From Candidatus Versatilivorator sp. (GTDB taxonomy: Bacteria; Acidobacteriota; Terriglobia; Versatilivoradales; Versatilivoraceae), in the NCBI GenBank assembly GCA_965198125.1, contig CBDAOQ010000003.1, positions 4,554,541 to 4,618,540 on the forward strand: 64,000 nt of DNA, read 5' to 3'. The notes beneath the pieces are model-generated. The model worked only from the letters and a program-made list of their open reading frames with translations, had not been told where the DNA came from and searched no databases. Positions 17,151-28,235 of this stretch are shown one piece after another; position 1 is the first letter of the stretch, and each line of letters begins with the position of its first letter. The position numbers and the translations under genes are program-made.

Positions 17151-19337
17151 CTAAGCCCCTCCGGCATCCCCGGGCTGGATTGGAGCAGGAAACGCTTCAG
17201 GGGCTTTTCGCCGGGTCACCTGGCGAACGAATTCAATCCAGATGGGAAGCGCTACCCTGCCTCCCGTCTCGCCTCTCCCCAGCGACCGCTTCTGATCGAA
17301 ACCTACCCAGACGCCACAGGTGAAACTGGGAGTGAGACCAATGAACCACGCATCGGTGTAGTCGTTGGTTGTCCCCGTCTTGCCCGCCACCGCGCGATTG
17401 AGGCCCCGCGCCCGGCGAGCCGTTCCCTCCTCAACCACGCTCTGCAGCAGGGTCACCATGACTCGGGCCGTTTCCCGGGAAACAACGTCACTCGCCTCAA
17501 CCAGTTGTTCCTCCTGAGTCGCCCCTTCGTAATCGGTCACCTTCCGCAGATAACGGGGTGTCACCCGAACACCGTCGTTTCCATAGGCACTGTAAGCCGA
17601 AGTCATCTCAAGCAGGGTCACCTCGGCGGCACCCAGCGCCACCGGCAAAAAGGGCGCTAGACCGGGACTGGTGATGCCGAATCGCCGGGCGGTCCGGAGC
17701 ACCTTTTCGATGCCGAAGTGATCCGCCAACCTGACTGCAGGGATATTGCGGGAGTGGGCAAATGCCCGTCTCAGAGTGATCGAGCCCTCGAACTTGCCAT
17801 CGTAATTTCTGGGGCTCCAGGGTTGGCCGGAATTGGGAAAACTGACGGGAATGTCCTCAATCAGGTCCTCCGGTGTCATGCCCTCTTCCAACGCGAGTGT
17901 GTATACAAAAGGCTTGAAGGCTGAACCGGGCTGGCGGTAGGCCTGGGTAGAACGATTGAATTTGCTCCGCCCAAAATCATGACCGCCTACCATGACCTTG
18001 ATTTCTCCACTGGCGTTGTCAATGGCCACAATCGCTCCCTGAACCTGCGGTCGCTGGCTCAATTCGACTTTTACCACCCGGCCACCGGGGTCGACCACGG
18101 TGATTCGGAAAAGCGCCAGGTCTCCGACTCTAAGAATCTTTCCGAGAGAGCGCCTTCCGGTCCAGCGGGCTCCCGATCTGTAGAGCGTCCCCCGATAGCG
18201 GCCGATTTTCACCTGAGCAGTCCTATCCGTGACTCCAACCACCAGACCCACCCGACGTTGTCCCGGGAGCGGCGGTTTGGTCCAGTCCTTGTACTGAAAG
18301 GATTCAAGGGAGCCCTTTCCCCGGGTCAGCACATTGGTTTCAACCCCTCTCCAGCCGTGCCTCCGATCATAGGCCTCCAAACCACCGGTCAGCGCTTCAA
18401 CGGCTGCCGCCTGCATTTCCAGGTTCAGGGTGGTATAGGCCCTCAAGCCTCTCTCTCTGACTGTTTGGAACCCGTAGGTTTCCGCCAGGTATTTTCGAAC
18501 CTCCTCGGCGAAAAAGGGCGCCAGGTCGTTTTCCCGGGAGGCAATCCGCAGCCCCAGGGGCTCTTGCCTGGCTGCATCCGCCTTTTCCCGGGTGATCTTT
18601 CCCTCGGCGACCATTCGCCGCAGCACGTAGTTGCGACGGACCATCACCCGATCTTCCATCCGCATGGGTGACCCCAAATGGGCAATAGCCGGAAGCGCGG
18701 CCAACACAGCGATCTGATCCAGAGTCAAATTCCTCAGCCTCTTGCTGAAATAGAATTGAGCAGCGGCCTCAAACCCGTAGGTCCGGTGCCCCAGTGGGAC
18801 CTGATTGCAGTAAAGCGTCAGAATCTGCGCCTTGGTATAAAAACGTTCAATTTGAATGGAGAACAGAAACTCCTGAAATTTTCGCTTAAATCTCTTTTCA
18901 GCGGTCAGGAAACAGAGCCGGCTCAGTTGCTGGGTAATAGTGCTCGTGCCCCGGATCCTCCCGCCTCCAATGGCTGCTTTGACCACGGCTCGAGCAATCC
19001 CCCCGATATCCACCCCCCAGTGCCTCTCGAAGTTCTTGTCCTCGGTGGCGATAAGGGCATCCCGAAGCAGTCGGGGGATTTCCTCGTAGGTGATGACGAC
19101 GCGGCGCTCCAGGGCAAAGGATCCAATGGTCCTTCCGTCGTCCGAATAGAGTTCGGTTATGACGTTGGGACGGTAGTCCTGAAGCTCCTGGACACGAGGC
19201 AGATCGCTTCTGTAAACGATCAGCAATCCACTGAGCGCACCGATTCCAATCGAGATCAACAGCAGGAAAGCAAAGATCAGGCGGCCAAAAACGCGATGGT
19301 CTCGGAAACGGAAGGAAAAGGCGGCTGGGAGCGGCAT
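17151..19337 (-). CDS. mrcA: Penicillin-binding protein 1A
   Basis: TM anchor, transglycosylase EDKNFERHWGVD and GTSTITQQL, transpeptidase PGSAFKP, SRN, KTGT. Start approximate. Confidence 0.9.
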   Translation of the reverse strand: MPLPAAFSFRFRDHRVFGRLIFAFLLLISIGIGALSGLLIVYRSDLPRVQELQDYRPNVITELYSDDGRTIGSFALERRVVITYEEIPRLLRDALIATEDKNFERHWGVDIGGIARAVVKAAIGGGRIRGTSTITQQLSRLCFLTAEKRFKRKFQEFLFSIQIERFYTKAQILTLYCNQVPLGHRTYGFEAAAQFYFSKRLRNLTLDQIAVLAALPAIAHLGSPMRMEDRVMVRRNYVLRRMVAEGKITREKADAARQEPLGLRIASRENDLAPFFAEEVRKYLAETYGFQTVRERGLRAYTTLNLEMQAAAVEALTGGLEAYDRRHGWRGVETNVLTRGKGSLESFQYKDWTKPPLPGQRRVGLVVGVTDRTAQVKIGRYRGTLYRSGARWTGRRSLGKILRVGDLALFRITVVDPGGRVVKVELSQRPQVQGAIVAIDNASGEIKVMVGGHDFGRSKFNRSTQAYRQPGSAFKPFVYTLALEEGMTPEDLIEDIPVSFPNSGQPWSPRNYDGKFEGSITLRRAFAHSRNIPAVRLADHFGIEKVLRTARRFGITSPGLAPFLPVALGAAEVTLLEMTSAYSAYGNDGVRVTPRYLRKVTDYEGATQEEQLVEASDVVSRETARVMVTLLQSVVEEGTARRARGLNRAVAGKTGTTNDYTDAWFIGLTPSFTCGVWVGFDQKRSLGRGETGGRVALPIWIEFVRQVTRRKAPEAFPAPIQPGDAGGA

Positions 19338-19542
19338 TGGAATTCGAGATTGATACGGGGGACAACGCCAAAAGATAACAGACCTTGAAGAGGAAATCCA
19401 ACCGGCCCCGCACCAGGTGTACGACTTGATTTTGATATCGAGGATTGATGGTCGGCGTTTCATTCACAGCATGGGGTGCACGTCGGCTTTCTGAGAAGTG
19501 GCCCGCCAGACACCCCCCACCCCACCGCCGGGACGGCATCGC

Positions 19543-19798
19543 CTGGGAGCGCGGGCGTCCCGCCCGCATCCTGTCCCTTTGGCCGCCGCTGAGCTTCCGT
19601 GCGATGCTGCAGGCAGCCACCCTGTGGGCGGGAACAGCATCGGCCAGGCCGAAGGAGAGCCATGGCGCCGTTCCCGGTTGATCCAAGTGGGGGAGATGGT
19701 CGAGGCTGTGCCAGGCTTGGTGCGGGCGGGACGCCCGCGCTCCCAGGAAGCCATCATCGTGCGGGCGGGACGCCCGCGCTCCCAGCAAGCCGTCATCC
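19543..19798. repeat. REP cluster 'TGCGGGCGGGACGCCCGCGCTCCCAG'
   Basis: One inverted copy at 19543-19569, two tandem copies at 19721 and 19760 (39-bp period), and another at 31392. Confidence 0.85.
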
Positions 19799-19894
19799 CA
19801 TGACATCACTTTTCTGACGTACACCCCCGCACCAGGGCGCCCCGCCAAACCTATCCGGACCAAGCAGAATGTTATGGGTGCAAACTCACGGGTA

Positions 19895-19924
19895 TTTGAC
19901 AGGTAGAGACTCAGATATTATATT
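19895..19924 (+). promoter_or_regulatory. dnaK sigma70 promoter overlapped by a HAIR-like HspR operator
   Basis: TTGACA(19896)-17-TATATT(19919). TTTGACA-N7-ACTCAGA compared with the HAIR consensus CTTGAGT-N7-ACTCAAG. Confidence 0.7.
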
Positions 19925-20001
19925 GTGGCCGCTCGCATACAGAGGAGCAAAAGCGCCAAGTTAATGATTTTACAAAATATCAACAAGGAGGATCTCAAGT
20001 C

Positions 20002-21912
20002 ATGAGCAAAATTATCGGCATCGATCTGGGCACGACCAATTCAGTCGTGGCCGTGATGGAGGCAGGCGAGCCGACAGTCATTGCCAGCCCTGAGGGAGGT
20101 CGAACCACTCCTTCAACGGTGGCCTTCGCCAAGGGAGGAGAACGGCTGGTAGGACAGGTCGCCAAAAGGCAGGCAGTGACCAACCCGGAAAACACGATTT
20201 ATTCCATCAAGCGCTTCATGGGGCGCAAGTTTGCGGAAGTAAACGAGGAGATGAAGATCGTCCCTTATAAGGTAACCCCTGCCTCCAACAACGACGTCCG
20301 GGTGGCCATCATGGGGAAAGAGTACAGCCCACCGGAAATTTCTTCCATGATTCTGCAAAAAATGAGGACGGCTGCCGAGGAGTACCTGGGCCAGAAGGTC
20401 ACCAAGGCCGTGGTCACCGTTCCCGCCTACTTCAACGACTCCCAACGTCAGGCCACCAATGACGCGGGCAAAATCGCCGGTTTGGAGGTGCTGAGAATTG
20501 TCAACGAGCCTACCGCGGCCGCTCTGGCCTACGGTCTCGACAAAAAGAAGGACGAGACCATCGCCGTCTATGACTTCGGAGGCGGCACCTTCGACATCTC
20601 CATTCTGGAAGTGGGCGAAGGCGTGGTGGAAGTCAAGTCCACCAACGGGGACACCCACTTGGGCGGAGACAACATTGACCAGAGGATTATCGACTGGATT
20701 GTAGATGAATTCATCAAGGATCAGGGAATCGATCTTTCCAAGGACAAGATGGCCTTGCAGAGGCTCAAGGAAGCCGCAGAGAAAGCAAAAATGGAGCTCT
20801 CGACCACTCTGGAAACCGAGATCAATCTGCCGTTTGTGACGGCCGATGCCTCGGGACCCAAGCACCTGAACATGAAACTCACTCGCGCCAAGTTTGAAGG
20901 TCTGGTGGAAGATATCCTGCAACGCAGCGTCGAGCCCTGCAAGCTGGCCCTTAAGGATGCCGGCCTGAACCCCGAGGACATCAACGAGGTGGTTCTGGTT
21001 GGCGGCTCAACTCGCATTCCCCGCGTCCAACAGATCGTGAAGGACCTTTTCAGAAAGGATCCCCACAAAGGCGTCAATCCGGACGAAGTGGTCGCCATCG
21101 GGGCTGGTGTTCAAGCCGGTGTTCTGGGTGGAGACGTCAAGGATCTGCTGCTGCTGGACGTGACGCCGCTTTCCCTGGGAATTGAAACGCTGGGCGCGGT
21201 CTTCACCAAATTGATTGAGCGCAACACCACCATACCCACTCGCAAGAGTGAAATATTCTCGACGGCTGCCGATAGTCAAACCTCAGTGGAAGTCCACGTG
21301 CTGCAGGGAGAGCGCAGCATGGCCAAGGGCAACCGAACGTTAGGCAAGTTCCATTTGGTGGGGATCCCGCCAGCAGCCCGCGGCGTACCCCAAATCGAGG
21401 TCACCTTTGACATCGATGCCAATGGCATCGTGAATGTCTCCGCCAAGGACCTGGGCACAAACAAGGAGCAGAACATCACCATCACCGCCTCGAGCGGTTT
21501 GTCCAAGGATGAGATCGAAAAGATGACTCGCGAAGCGGAAACCCACTCCGAAGAGGATCTCAAGTACAAGGACGAGGTAGAAGCCAGGAACAGGGCCGAC
21601 AATCTCGTCTACAATACCGAAAAGCTGCTGAAGGAAAACCGTGACAAGATCTCCGATTCGGACGCCGCCAGCATTGAATCAGCCCTGGAAAACTGCCGGA
21701 AAGCCATCAATGAAGGGGGGGCGGAGCGCATCAACGCGGCCGTCGAGGAGTTGACTCAAGCCACCCACAAACTGGCCGATGCCCTCTACAAGCAGGCGGC
21801 GCCCCAAGCCGACTCCCCTCCCTCGACACCTGGTGAAGCTTCCGAGGCTGCAGCGGCGGAGGGAGAGGTCATTGATGCCGAATACGAGGAGAGCGACGAA
21901 AAGAAGAAGTGA
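20002..21912 (+). CDS. dnaK: Chaperone DnaK
   Basis: [35 protein letters not shown]; AAGGAGG RBS. Confidence 0.98.
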   Translation: MSKIIGIDLGTTNSVVAVMEAGEPTVIASPEGGRTTPSTVAFAKGGERLVGQVAKRQAVTNPENTIYSIKRFMGRKFAEVNEEMKIVPYKVTPASNNDVRVAIMGKEYSPPEISSMILQKMRTAAEEYLGQKVTKAVVTVPAYFNDSQRQATNDAGKIAGLEVLRIVNEPTAAALAYGLDKKKDETIAVYDFGGGTFDISILEVGEGVVEVKSTNGDTHLGGDNIDQRIIDWIVDEFIKDQGIDLSKDKMALQRLKEAAEKAKMELSTTLETEINLPFVTADASGPKHLNMKLTRAKFEGLVEDILQRSVEPCKLALKDAGLNPEDINEVVLVGGSTRIPRVQQIVKDLFRKDPHKGVNPDEVVAIGAGVQAGVLGGDVKDLLLLDVTPLSLGIETLGAVFTKLIERNTTIPTRKSEIFSTAADSQTSVEVHVLQGERSMAKGNRTLGKFHLVGIPPAARGVPQIEVTFDIDANGIVNVSAKDLGTNKEQNITITASSGLSKDEIEKMTREAETHSEEDLKYKDEVEARNRADNLVYNTEKLLKENRDKISDSDAASIESALENCRKAINEGGAERINAAVEELTQATHKLADALYKQAAPQADSPPSTPGEASEAAAAEGEVIDAEYEESDEKKK

Positions 21913-22059
21913 GTCCTGCTGCGGATGCCTGCGAGAAGCCTTTCCTGGCGGGCTCCTCCGCCCGCTGCTTTCGTGCCTGGCCGGATTGATGGCACGTCGC
22001 CGTAGCTGCTGCCCATGAGGTAGGCGCCGCGGCTTCTTCCTCCTCCTCGGAGACCAGTA

Positions 22060-23139
22060 ATGAACCGACAGGATTTCTACAAGACTCTAGGAGTAACCCG
22101 GGGAGCGTCGCTTGACGACATCAGAAGGTCCTACCGGAAACTGGCTCGAAAATACCATCCGGATGTCAACCCTGGAGACCGGGCAGCCGAGGAGCGCTTC
22201 AAGAAGATTTCAGAGGCCTACGAAGTCCTGAGCGATCCCAAGAAGCGGGAGATTTACGATGCCTACGGGACCTATTCAGAGAACTATCGGCCCCGCCCGG
22301 ATGCCGGCGGGGGATTCGATTTTTCCGAGTTCGGAAGATCGGGCTTCTCCGATTTCTTTACCCGGATGTTTCAAGGTCGACCCGACACCCAGAGGCCCCA
22401 AGGGCGCGATCTTGAATACCAGATCTCAATGAGCTTCGATGATGCCTTGAAAGGCCTTCAAACCCTGATCGCCTACGATCGGATGGACCTCTGCCGAAGC
22501 TGCCGGGGAAGCGGCAAGGCTTCCACCGGCCAGGCGGGAACCTGTACCCTCTGTCGCGGAACCGGAAAACTGGCCCAAATGAGAGGGCGGACCCGCCTGC
22601 TGACCGATTGTCACCGGTGCGGAGGTACGGGAAGCAACAGCCAGCCGTGCCCTTCCTGCAGCGGGCAGGGGCGCACCCGCAGTCCTACCAGACTGGAGGT
22701 CCGGATTCCAGCCGGTGTACAGAACGGCTCTCGTATCCGATTTGGCGGAAAGGGAGATGTCGGCCTGGGAGGGACTCCATCGGGGGACCTGTACGTCGTG
22801 GCCAAGGTAACTCCTCACCCCTTCTTTGAAAGGAAGGGAGACAATATTTATTGCAAAGTTCCAGTGACGGTCACAGAGGCGGCATTGGGCGCCAAGATCC
22901 AGGTTCCCACCGTCGAGGGGCGGACTCTTTTGAAGATCCCCCCCGGCACACAGGGCGGACAGAAATTCAGGCTGCGTGAAAAAGGGGCCCCATCCTTGAG
23001 AGCAGCCAGAAGGGGGGACCAGTTTGTCGAAGTGAGGGTGGTGGTTCCCAAGATCGCGGATGAGCGCAGCAAGGAACTCCTGCGCGAACTGGCGCGGCTC
23101 AATCCGGCCGATCCGCGTACCGGTCTGGCGCAATTCTGA
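22060..23139 (+). CDS. dnaJ: Chaperone DnaJ
   Basis: J domain with HPD, G/F region, four CxxCxGxG repeats. Confidence 0.95.
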   Translation: MNRQDFYKTLGVTRGASLDDIRRSYRKLARKYHPDVNPGDRAAEERFKKISEAYEVLSDPKKREIYDAYGTYSENYRPRPDAGGGFDFSEFGRSGFSDFFTRMFQGRPDTQRPQGRDLEYQISMSFDDALKGLQTLIAYDRMDLCRSCRGSGKASTGQAGTCTLCRGTGKLAQMRGRTRLLTDCHRCGGTGSNSQPCPSCSGQGRTRSPTRLEVRIPAGVQNGSRIRFGGKGDVGLGGTPSGDLYVVAKVTPHPFFERKGDNIYCKVPVTVTEAALGAKIQVPTVEGRTLLKIPPGTQGGQKFRLREKGAPSLRAARRGDQFVEVRVVVPKIADERSKELLRELARLNPADPRTGLAQF

Positions 23140-23199
23140 ACCGGAGAGGCCACCCGACCCGGCCAGAATGCTTTTCCCCAGAGGTGGAGGCTGACCTCA

Positions 23200-23586
23200 A
23201 TGAAGAAACATCGCAAGAGGGTTTATACTATCAGCAACGTTGCCGACGCCTACGACATCCATCCGCAGACGTTGCGGCTTTATGAGAGGCATGGCCTCTT
23301 GAAGCCCTCGCGTTCCCGGGGAAATACCAGGCTCTACACCGACCGGGACCTGCAGAGATTGGAGTTGATCTTGAACCTGACCCGCGAACTGGGGGTCAAC
23401 TTGGCGGGAGTTGAAATCATTCTCAACATGCGCGCCAAAATGGAGAAGATGCAGCAAGAAATCAGCGACTTCATGCAAGTCATCGGAGCCGAATTGGCCG
23501 AGCGCTCCTCACGCTTTGATTCCAAGCTGGAGCACGCCCTGGTCCGCACGGCGCCGTCCAAGATCATACGTCTCGACAGGAGATAG
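23200..23586 (+). CDS. hspR: HspR-like MerR-family heat-shock repressor
   Basis: YTISNVA..IHPQTLRLYERHGLLKPSRSRGNTRLY..LGVNLAGVEIIL; directly after dnaJ. Confidence 0.85.
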   Translation: MKKHRKRVYTISNVADAYDIHPQTLRLYERHGLLKPSRSRGNTRLYTDRDLQRLELILNLTRELGVNLAGVEIILNMRAKMEKMQQEISDFMQVIGAELAERSSRFDSKLEHALVRTAPSKIIRLDRR

Positions 23587-23590
23587 TTCC

Positions 23591-24337
23591 GTGGAAGCCG
23601 TACCCGAATGCCCCGAATGTGGCGGTAGTGGTTGGAAGAGGGTGGATCTGACCGACCGGCAGGGTGTGGCTCGCTGTTCCTGCCGCGAGCAGAGCAAGTT
23701 GCAGCGATTGATAGAAGCGGCTCGCATCCCGCCCCGCTATCAGGAATGCCTGTTTGAGAACTTCGACACCCTAAACCCCAAGCTGGGCAAGGCCAAGACG
23801 ATGGCCTCTCGCTTCGTCGAAGAGTATCCTGTGGTGGACTGTGGGTTGCTCATCCTGGGCACCTGTGGCGTGGGAAAGACGCATCTGGCCGTGTCGATTA
23901 TCCGCGCTCTGATGCTTCGCTACGGAACTTGGTGTATTTTCTACGACTTCCGGGAGCTACTCAAGCAGATCCAAAGCTCCTTCAATCCCGTGGTGGGAGC
24001 CACCGAATGGCAAATTATCGAACCCGTGTTGCAATGCGAGGTCCTGCTTCTGGATGACCTGGGCGCCGAGCGTCCCACCGACTGGGTTCGGGACACCTTC
24101 GCCTACATCATCAACCACCGCTACAACCAGAAGCGCACCACTCTCATCACGTCGAACTTCAAGGACGGAGAATCCAAACTTCGGAAGCTCAGCGACGGGA
24201 GTACAGTCGCCGGCGAGGAAACGCTGGCGGAACGCATCGGTGAGCGCATGCGTTCCCGGCTCCATGAGATGTGCAAAGTGATCAGGATTTCGGCAATCGA
24301 CTATCGAGTCGAAATAAAACAAGCTCAACATGAATAA
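23591..24337 (+). CDS. DnaC/IstB-like AAA+ ATPase with N-terminal Zn-binding motif
   Basis: CPECGGSG..CSC, Walker A GTCGVGKTHL, Walker B LLLDDLG, RYN..TLITSN, R(M)RSRL. GTG start inferred. Confidence 0.85.
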   Translation: MEAVPECPECGGSGWKRVDLTDRQGVARCSCREQSKLQRLIEAARIPPRYQECLFENFDTLNPKLGKAKTMASRFVEEYPVVDCGLLILGTCGVGKTHLAVSIIRALMLRYGTWCIFYDFRELLKQIQSSFNPVVGATEWQIIEPVLQCEVLLLDDLGAERPTDWVRDTFAYIINHRYNQKRTTLITSNFKDGESKLRKLSDGSTVAGEETLAERIGERMRSRLHEMCKVIRISAIDYRVEIKQAQHE

Positions 24338-24467
24338 TAAGTTGTTGATTGCTGAGGTCTGATTGTTGATTGAATAGTCATGACAACTGACTCGGCCCAC
24401 ATCCACAATCGCAATTCCGCAGTGGCCCTGTTGTTTCCACTCAAGAATTCCGACCTGCAATCGAACC

Positions 24468-25949
24468 TCAAAACTTGCGTGACCACTCCCGGGGCCAACG
24501 CTCAATGACCACCTTCTTTTCAGTATAGAATTCCACCGCGTCACGACCCTGGCCGTGGAGGACGCCCAGAAAGCTGTCTTTCCAACCGCTGAAGGGGAAG
24601 TAGGCCATGGGCGCGGCCACTCCGATATTCACCCCCACATTCCCCACAGGCACCTCATAACGAAATTTGCGGGCGGCGGCTCCGCTGCCGGTAAAGATGG
24701 AGGCGGCATTTCCGTAGGGGTTGCTGGCCACGACTTCAATGGCTTCTTCGACGGTTTCCACATGGGTGAGGCCGAGGACCGGTCCGAAGATCTCGGTGCG
24801 GGATATGTCGCTTCCCGGAGGCACCCCATCCAGAATGGTCGGCGCCACGAAAAAACCCCGTTCATAGTTGGGAATACTGGGACTTCGACCGTCCAGCAGC
24901 ACTTTGGCCCCCTCCGAGGCACCCTGGCCAATTGCGGTCTCAATGCGATGCTTGCTTTCCCGAGTCACTACCGGGCCCATCTGAACCCCGTCGTCGAGGC
25001 CGTAGCCAACCTTGATGGACCGGGCCATCTCGGCCACCGACCGGGTGAAGGGCTCGCGGGCTTCGCCCACGGTAACGACTGCCGAGACGGCCAAACATCG
25101 CTGTCCCGCGCACCCGAAGGCACTGTCGCTGACAATCTGCGTGGTGGTCGGCATATCGGCGTCCGGCAAAATGACTACGTGGTTCTTGGCCCCTCCCTGA
25201 CACTGGACCCTTTTGCCGTGACTGGCGGCTCTCCGGTAGACATGGCGGGCAACCGCCGTAGATCCCACAAAGCTGATCGCGCGCACCTGGGGATGGTCAA
25301 TGAGGGCATCCACCACCGCCCGGCTCCCGTTGAGCAGGTTCACGACCCCTGGCGGCAGATGGAGTTGCTCCAGCAACTCAAACACCCGCGTCATGGTCAA
25401 CGGCACCCGCTCGGACGGCTTCAGCACAAAGCTGTTGCCACAGGCCAGTGCGTAGGGCAAGAACCATAGGGGAATCATGGAGGGAAAGTTGAAGGGGGTA
25501 ATGGCCGCGACCACCCCCAGTGGTTGCCGAATCATGGTCTCATCAATGCCGCGGGCGACATCTTCCAGATTGTAACCCTGCATCAGTATGGGGATCCCAC
25601 AGGCAACCTCCACGTTTTCGATTCCTCGCCGCAGTTCCCCGCGGGACTCCGCCAACGTCTTGCCGTTCTCCTGGGTGGTGAGGCGGGCGATCTCCTCAAA
25701 GTGGTCTTCCAGAAGCTGCTTGAACCTGAACAGGTACTGGACACGCTCTCCCGGAGGAGTGCTTCTCCAGCCGGGAAAGGCCCGGGCGGCGGAATCCACG
25801 ACCCTGGACACGTCGCCGGCATCGCCCACCGGGTTGTCAGCCAATTCCGCCCCCGTGGCCGGATTGACAATCTTCAGGGTGTCCTTGCCCACGGAAGGAC
25901 TCCAGCCGCCATTAAGAAAGTTCAATATTTCGGTTGCTTCCGCCATCAC
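24468..25949 (-). CDS. mmsA: CoA-acylating methylmalonate-semialdehyde dehydrogenase
   Basis: [42 protein letters not shown]. Confidence 0.9.
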   Translation of the reverse strand: MMAEATEILNFLNGGWSPSVGKDTLKIVNPATGAELADNPVGDAGDVSRVVDSAARAFPGWRSTPPGERVQYLFRFKQLLEDHFEEIARLTTQENGKTLAESRGELRRGIENVEVACGIPILMQGYNLEDVARGIDETMIRQPLGVVAAITPFNFPSMIPLWFLPYALACGNSFVLKPSERVPLTMTRVFELLEQLHLPPGVVNLLNGSRAVVDALIDHPQVRAISFVGSTAVARHVYRRAASHGKRVQCQGGAKNHVVILPDADMPTTTQIVSDSAFGCAGQRCLAVSAVVTVGEAREPFTRSVAEMARSIKVGYGLDDGVQMGPVVTRESKHRIETAIGQGASEGAKVLLDGRSPSIPNYERGFFVAPTILDGVPPGSDISRTEIFGPVLGLTHVETVEEAIEVVASNPYGNAASIFTGSGAAARKFRYEVPVGNVGVNIGVAAPMAYFPFSGWKDSFLGVLHGQGRDAVEFYTEKKVVIERWPREWSRKF

Positions 25950-26039
25950 ACCACCACCTTTTCCGGAACTGTCTGCCGGTCAGATTTTATTGGAAAACCG
26001 CAGGCTAAGGGAAATGCAACTAAAAATGCGGGTTAATCC

Positions 26040-26068
26040 TTGACTCGGGCCTTCTGGTTTCATATAGT
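26040..26068 (+). promoter_or_regulatory. Sigma70-type promoter for carD
   Basis: TTGACT-17 bp-TATAGT. Confidence 0.6.
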
Positions 26069-26104
26069 TAGTGGCCTATCCTGTTTAGCGAACCCTTGGA
26101 ACTC

Positions 26105-26608
26105 ATGGCTCAGGCCCCCACCAACAGCTTTGCCATCGGCGAAAAAGTCGTCTACCCCAACCACGGCGTCGGCGTGATCGAGCAAATTAACCGCCGCAGC
26201 ATGTCCGGAAAACCGGAAGCCTTTTACCATCTCAAGATTGCGGCCAACAACATGATGGTGATGATTCCGGCAACCAATGCCACCGACGTGGGCTTGAGAA
26301 GGTTGATCAAGAAAGCCGAAGTCAAAAAGGTTCTGGAACACCTGAAACACACCGAGGTCAAGAACGCATCTGATTGGAAAAACCGCTTCAAGGAGAATTC
26401 GGAGAAAATGCGTACGGGGTGTATCTTTGAGGTGGCCGATGTCCTCAAGAGCCTCTCCCAACTGAGCATCAACCGAATTCTTTCCTTCCGGGAAAAGAAA
26501 ATGTTGGACCGCGCCAGACAGTTGATAGTCAGCGAGTTGGCCACGGTTTCCGACGTTTCCGAAGACAAAGCCGAACAGCTCATCGACGGGGCCCTGCTAC
26601 AAACCTAA
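26105..26608 (+). CDS. carD: CarD/CdnL-family transcription factor
   Basis: FAIGEKVVYPNHGVG, VGLR, WKNRF, LSFREKKML..A..LIVSELA. Confidence 0.92.
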   Translation: MAQAPTNSFAIGEKVVYPNHGVGVIEQINRRSMSGKPEAFYHLKIAANNMMVMIPATNATDVGLRRLIKKAEVKKVLEHLKHTEVKNASDWKNRFKENSEKMRTGCIFEVADVLKSLSQLSINRILSFREKKMLDRARQLIVSELATVSDVSEDKAEQLIDGALLQT

Positions 26609-27213
26609 GTAGCCTGTACTCCTCTCTCCCCCGCACAAAACTCCTCCTTCAGCACGGACATCATCAGCGTATCCTGATAACCTCGGCCGACATAGCGGTC
26701 TTTGCGCAATCGGCCTTCGGTTTGGAACCCGCACTTCCGGTAGACGTGAATGGCCGCGTCGTGATTAGCGGCCACTCTGAGGTAGATTCGCAGGAGGTTC
26801 ATCTTTTCGAAGCCCAGCCTCAGCATTTCCCGCACGGCCCAGGTACCGTAGCCTCGATTCCAGCAATCTCGCTCCCCGATCATCACAGCCAGTTCGGCCT
26901 TGCGGTCGATCCAGCGGATCGCGTGTAGACCGATGGAGCCAACCAGGCGGCCCTGCAGGGTCTCGATGGCAAAGACCCTGTCGGTGTGGCTCGCGGACAA
27001 ATCCTCCAACCACCGGGACCCATCATTTCTGGAGGTCGGGTAAGCAGAGACCTGCGACAGGTGGAGCGTGACCGCGGCATCGTTCACCCAGCGCACCAGA
27101 GAGTCGATGTCCCCCGGTTCCAAGGCTCGCAGCCTCACCGCACAAGGTCCCGCTTGCCGGGCTGGAACCCGACCAGGACCGTGCACCCTCATACGGGATG
27201 GTTCCATCCGCAA
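26605..27213 (-). CDS. RimJ/RimL-type GNAT N-acetyltransferase
   Basis: LRALE, AELAVMIG, WNRGYGT, N..AI.VY.KCGF..EG. Start uncertain. Confidence 0.85.
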   Translation of the reverse strand: MRMEPSRMRVHGPGRVPARQAGPCAVRLRALEPGDIDSLVRWVNDAAVTLHLSQVSAYPTSRNDGSRWLEDLSASHTDRVFAIETLQGRLVGSIGLHAIRWIDRKAELAVMIGERDCWNRGYGTWAVREMLRLGFEKMNLLRIYLRVAANHDAAIHVYRKCGFQTEGRLRKDRYVGRGYQDTLMMSVLKEEFCAGERGVQAT

Positions 27214-27300
27214 TTGGAGCTCCTTGCCCCCATGTGCCCGCGCCCGTCAATGCCGGAAACCGAACGCCCACCAAAATCGGACCCCCCCTCGGGATGGGCC

Positions 27301-27828
27301 TCAGGTCGCCAATTCCACGTTCCAGTACAGGTAATCGCGCCAGCTATCGGGAGCATTCCTGAACACCAGGGTGAGGCTGAGACTCGGCACCCACTTAGGC
27401 TCCGCCGGCTTCTTGATCAAGCGCATACCGGCCTCTTCCGGAGTCCTTCCTCCCTTTCTGCGATTACAATCGATGCAGGCGGTCACGATGTTGTTCCAAC
27501 TCTTGCCCCCACCCCGCGACACGGGTATGACATGGTCGAAGGTCAGGTCATCCCCGCGGCGAGCGCTGCCACAGTACTGGCAGCGGTGTCTGTCCCGAGC
27601 AAAAATATTCGCCCTGGAAAACTTGATCATGCGGCTCTTCCTGACCTTGACATAACGCAGGAGGCGCAGAACCGAGGGTAATTTGACAGAGAAGGTCACG
27701 CTGCGAATCTCACGGGAGTACTCCTCGATCACCTCCACCTTACCGGCAAACAGCAGGGTGATGGCTCTCTGCCAACTGATGACTCGGAGCGGCTCGAAGG
27801 ATGAGTTCAGCAGGAGCGTGGCTTCCAT
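27301..27828 (-). CDS. HNH endonuclease (McrA/COG1403-like)
   Basis: LLLNSSFEPL, PSVLRL, RDRHRCQYCG, TFDHVIPVSRGG, NIVTACIDCNRRKG. Confidence 0.92.
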   Translation of the reverse strand: MEATLLLNSSFEPLRVISWQRAITLLFAGKVEVIEEYSREIRSVTFSVKLPSVLRLLRYVKVRKSRMIKFSRANIFARDRHRCQYCGSARRGDDLTFDHVIPVSRGGGKSWNNIVTACIDCNRRKGGRTPEEAGMRLIKKPAEPKWVPSLSLTLVFRNAPDSWRDYLYWNVELAT

Positions 27829-28118
27829 GGGTTTGTCTGCTCAATGGGTGCGGCCGGGGCTCACCGCCGGCTCAATTCCGGTTCCAGGTAAAAAAAAACC
27901 GACACGACTTGAAAGATCACAAGCGGCCGGTCAGGACGTCCCCGATAGCAAATCAGCTTCGACCGCCGGGTATCCAGACATCCTTGTGATTGGTCAGGAA
28001 CACCGCAAGAAAACGTCGATCGATCAAAAATCTCATTGGATGGCTCCCGCAATCCGGACCCCGAAATCCTGCCTGCATTATCTATAGGAGGGGGGTTTTG
28101 TCAAGAGTCCCTAAATGT

Positions 28119-28148
28119 TTGACAGTGCTGCGGGGGTTCCACTATGTT
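28119..28148 (+). promoter_or_regulatory. tRNA-Val promoter, back-to-back with a minus-strand promoter (28077-28104) for the HNH gene
   Basis: TTGACA-18-TATGTT on plus; TTGACA-16-GATAAT on minus. Confidence 0.55.
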
Positions 28149-28158
28149 AGCTGAAATC

Positions 28159-28235
28159 GGGCGCGTAGCTCAGTTGGTACGAGCGCTACCTTGACACGGT
28201 AGAGGTCATCGGTTCGATCCCGGTCGCGCCCACCA
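28159..28235 (+). tRNA. tRNA-Val(GAC)
   Basis: GGGCGCG acceptor, TAGCTCAGTTGG D arm, CTACC-TTGACAC-GGTAG anticodon arm, GGTTCGATCC T arm, CCA end. Confidence 0.97.

Noticed and set aside
19721-19798. Tandem 26-bp palindromic repeats as a CRISPR array
   Set aside because: Only two direct units with near-identical 13-bp spacers, dispersed copies elsewhere, and no cas genes; REP-like.
23591-24337. IS21 element (istB)
   Set aside because: No istA transposase or terminal repeats; the gene is tightly linked to hspR.
24338-24467. Degenerate TTGATTG/CAATC heptamer repeats between convergent genes
   Set aside because: Too degenerate to define an element or a terminator.
27850-28030. 6S RNA, or HEARO/omega RNA of an IscB
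   Set aside because: The ends do not pair into a 6S rod, and the HNH protein is 175 aa without RuvC or PLMP motifs.
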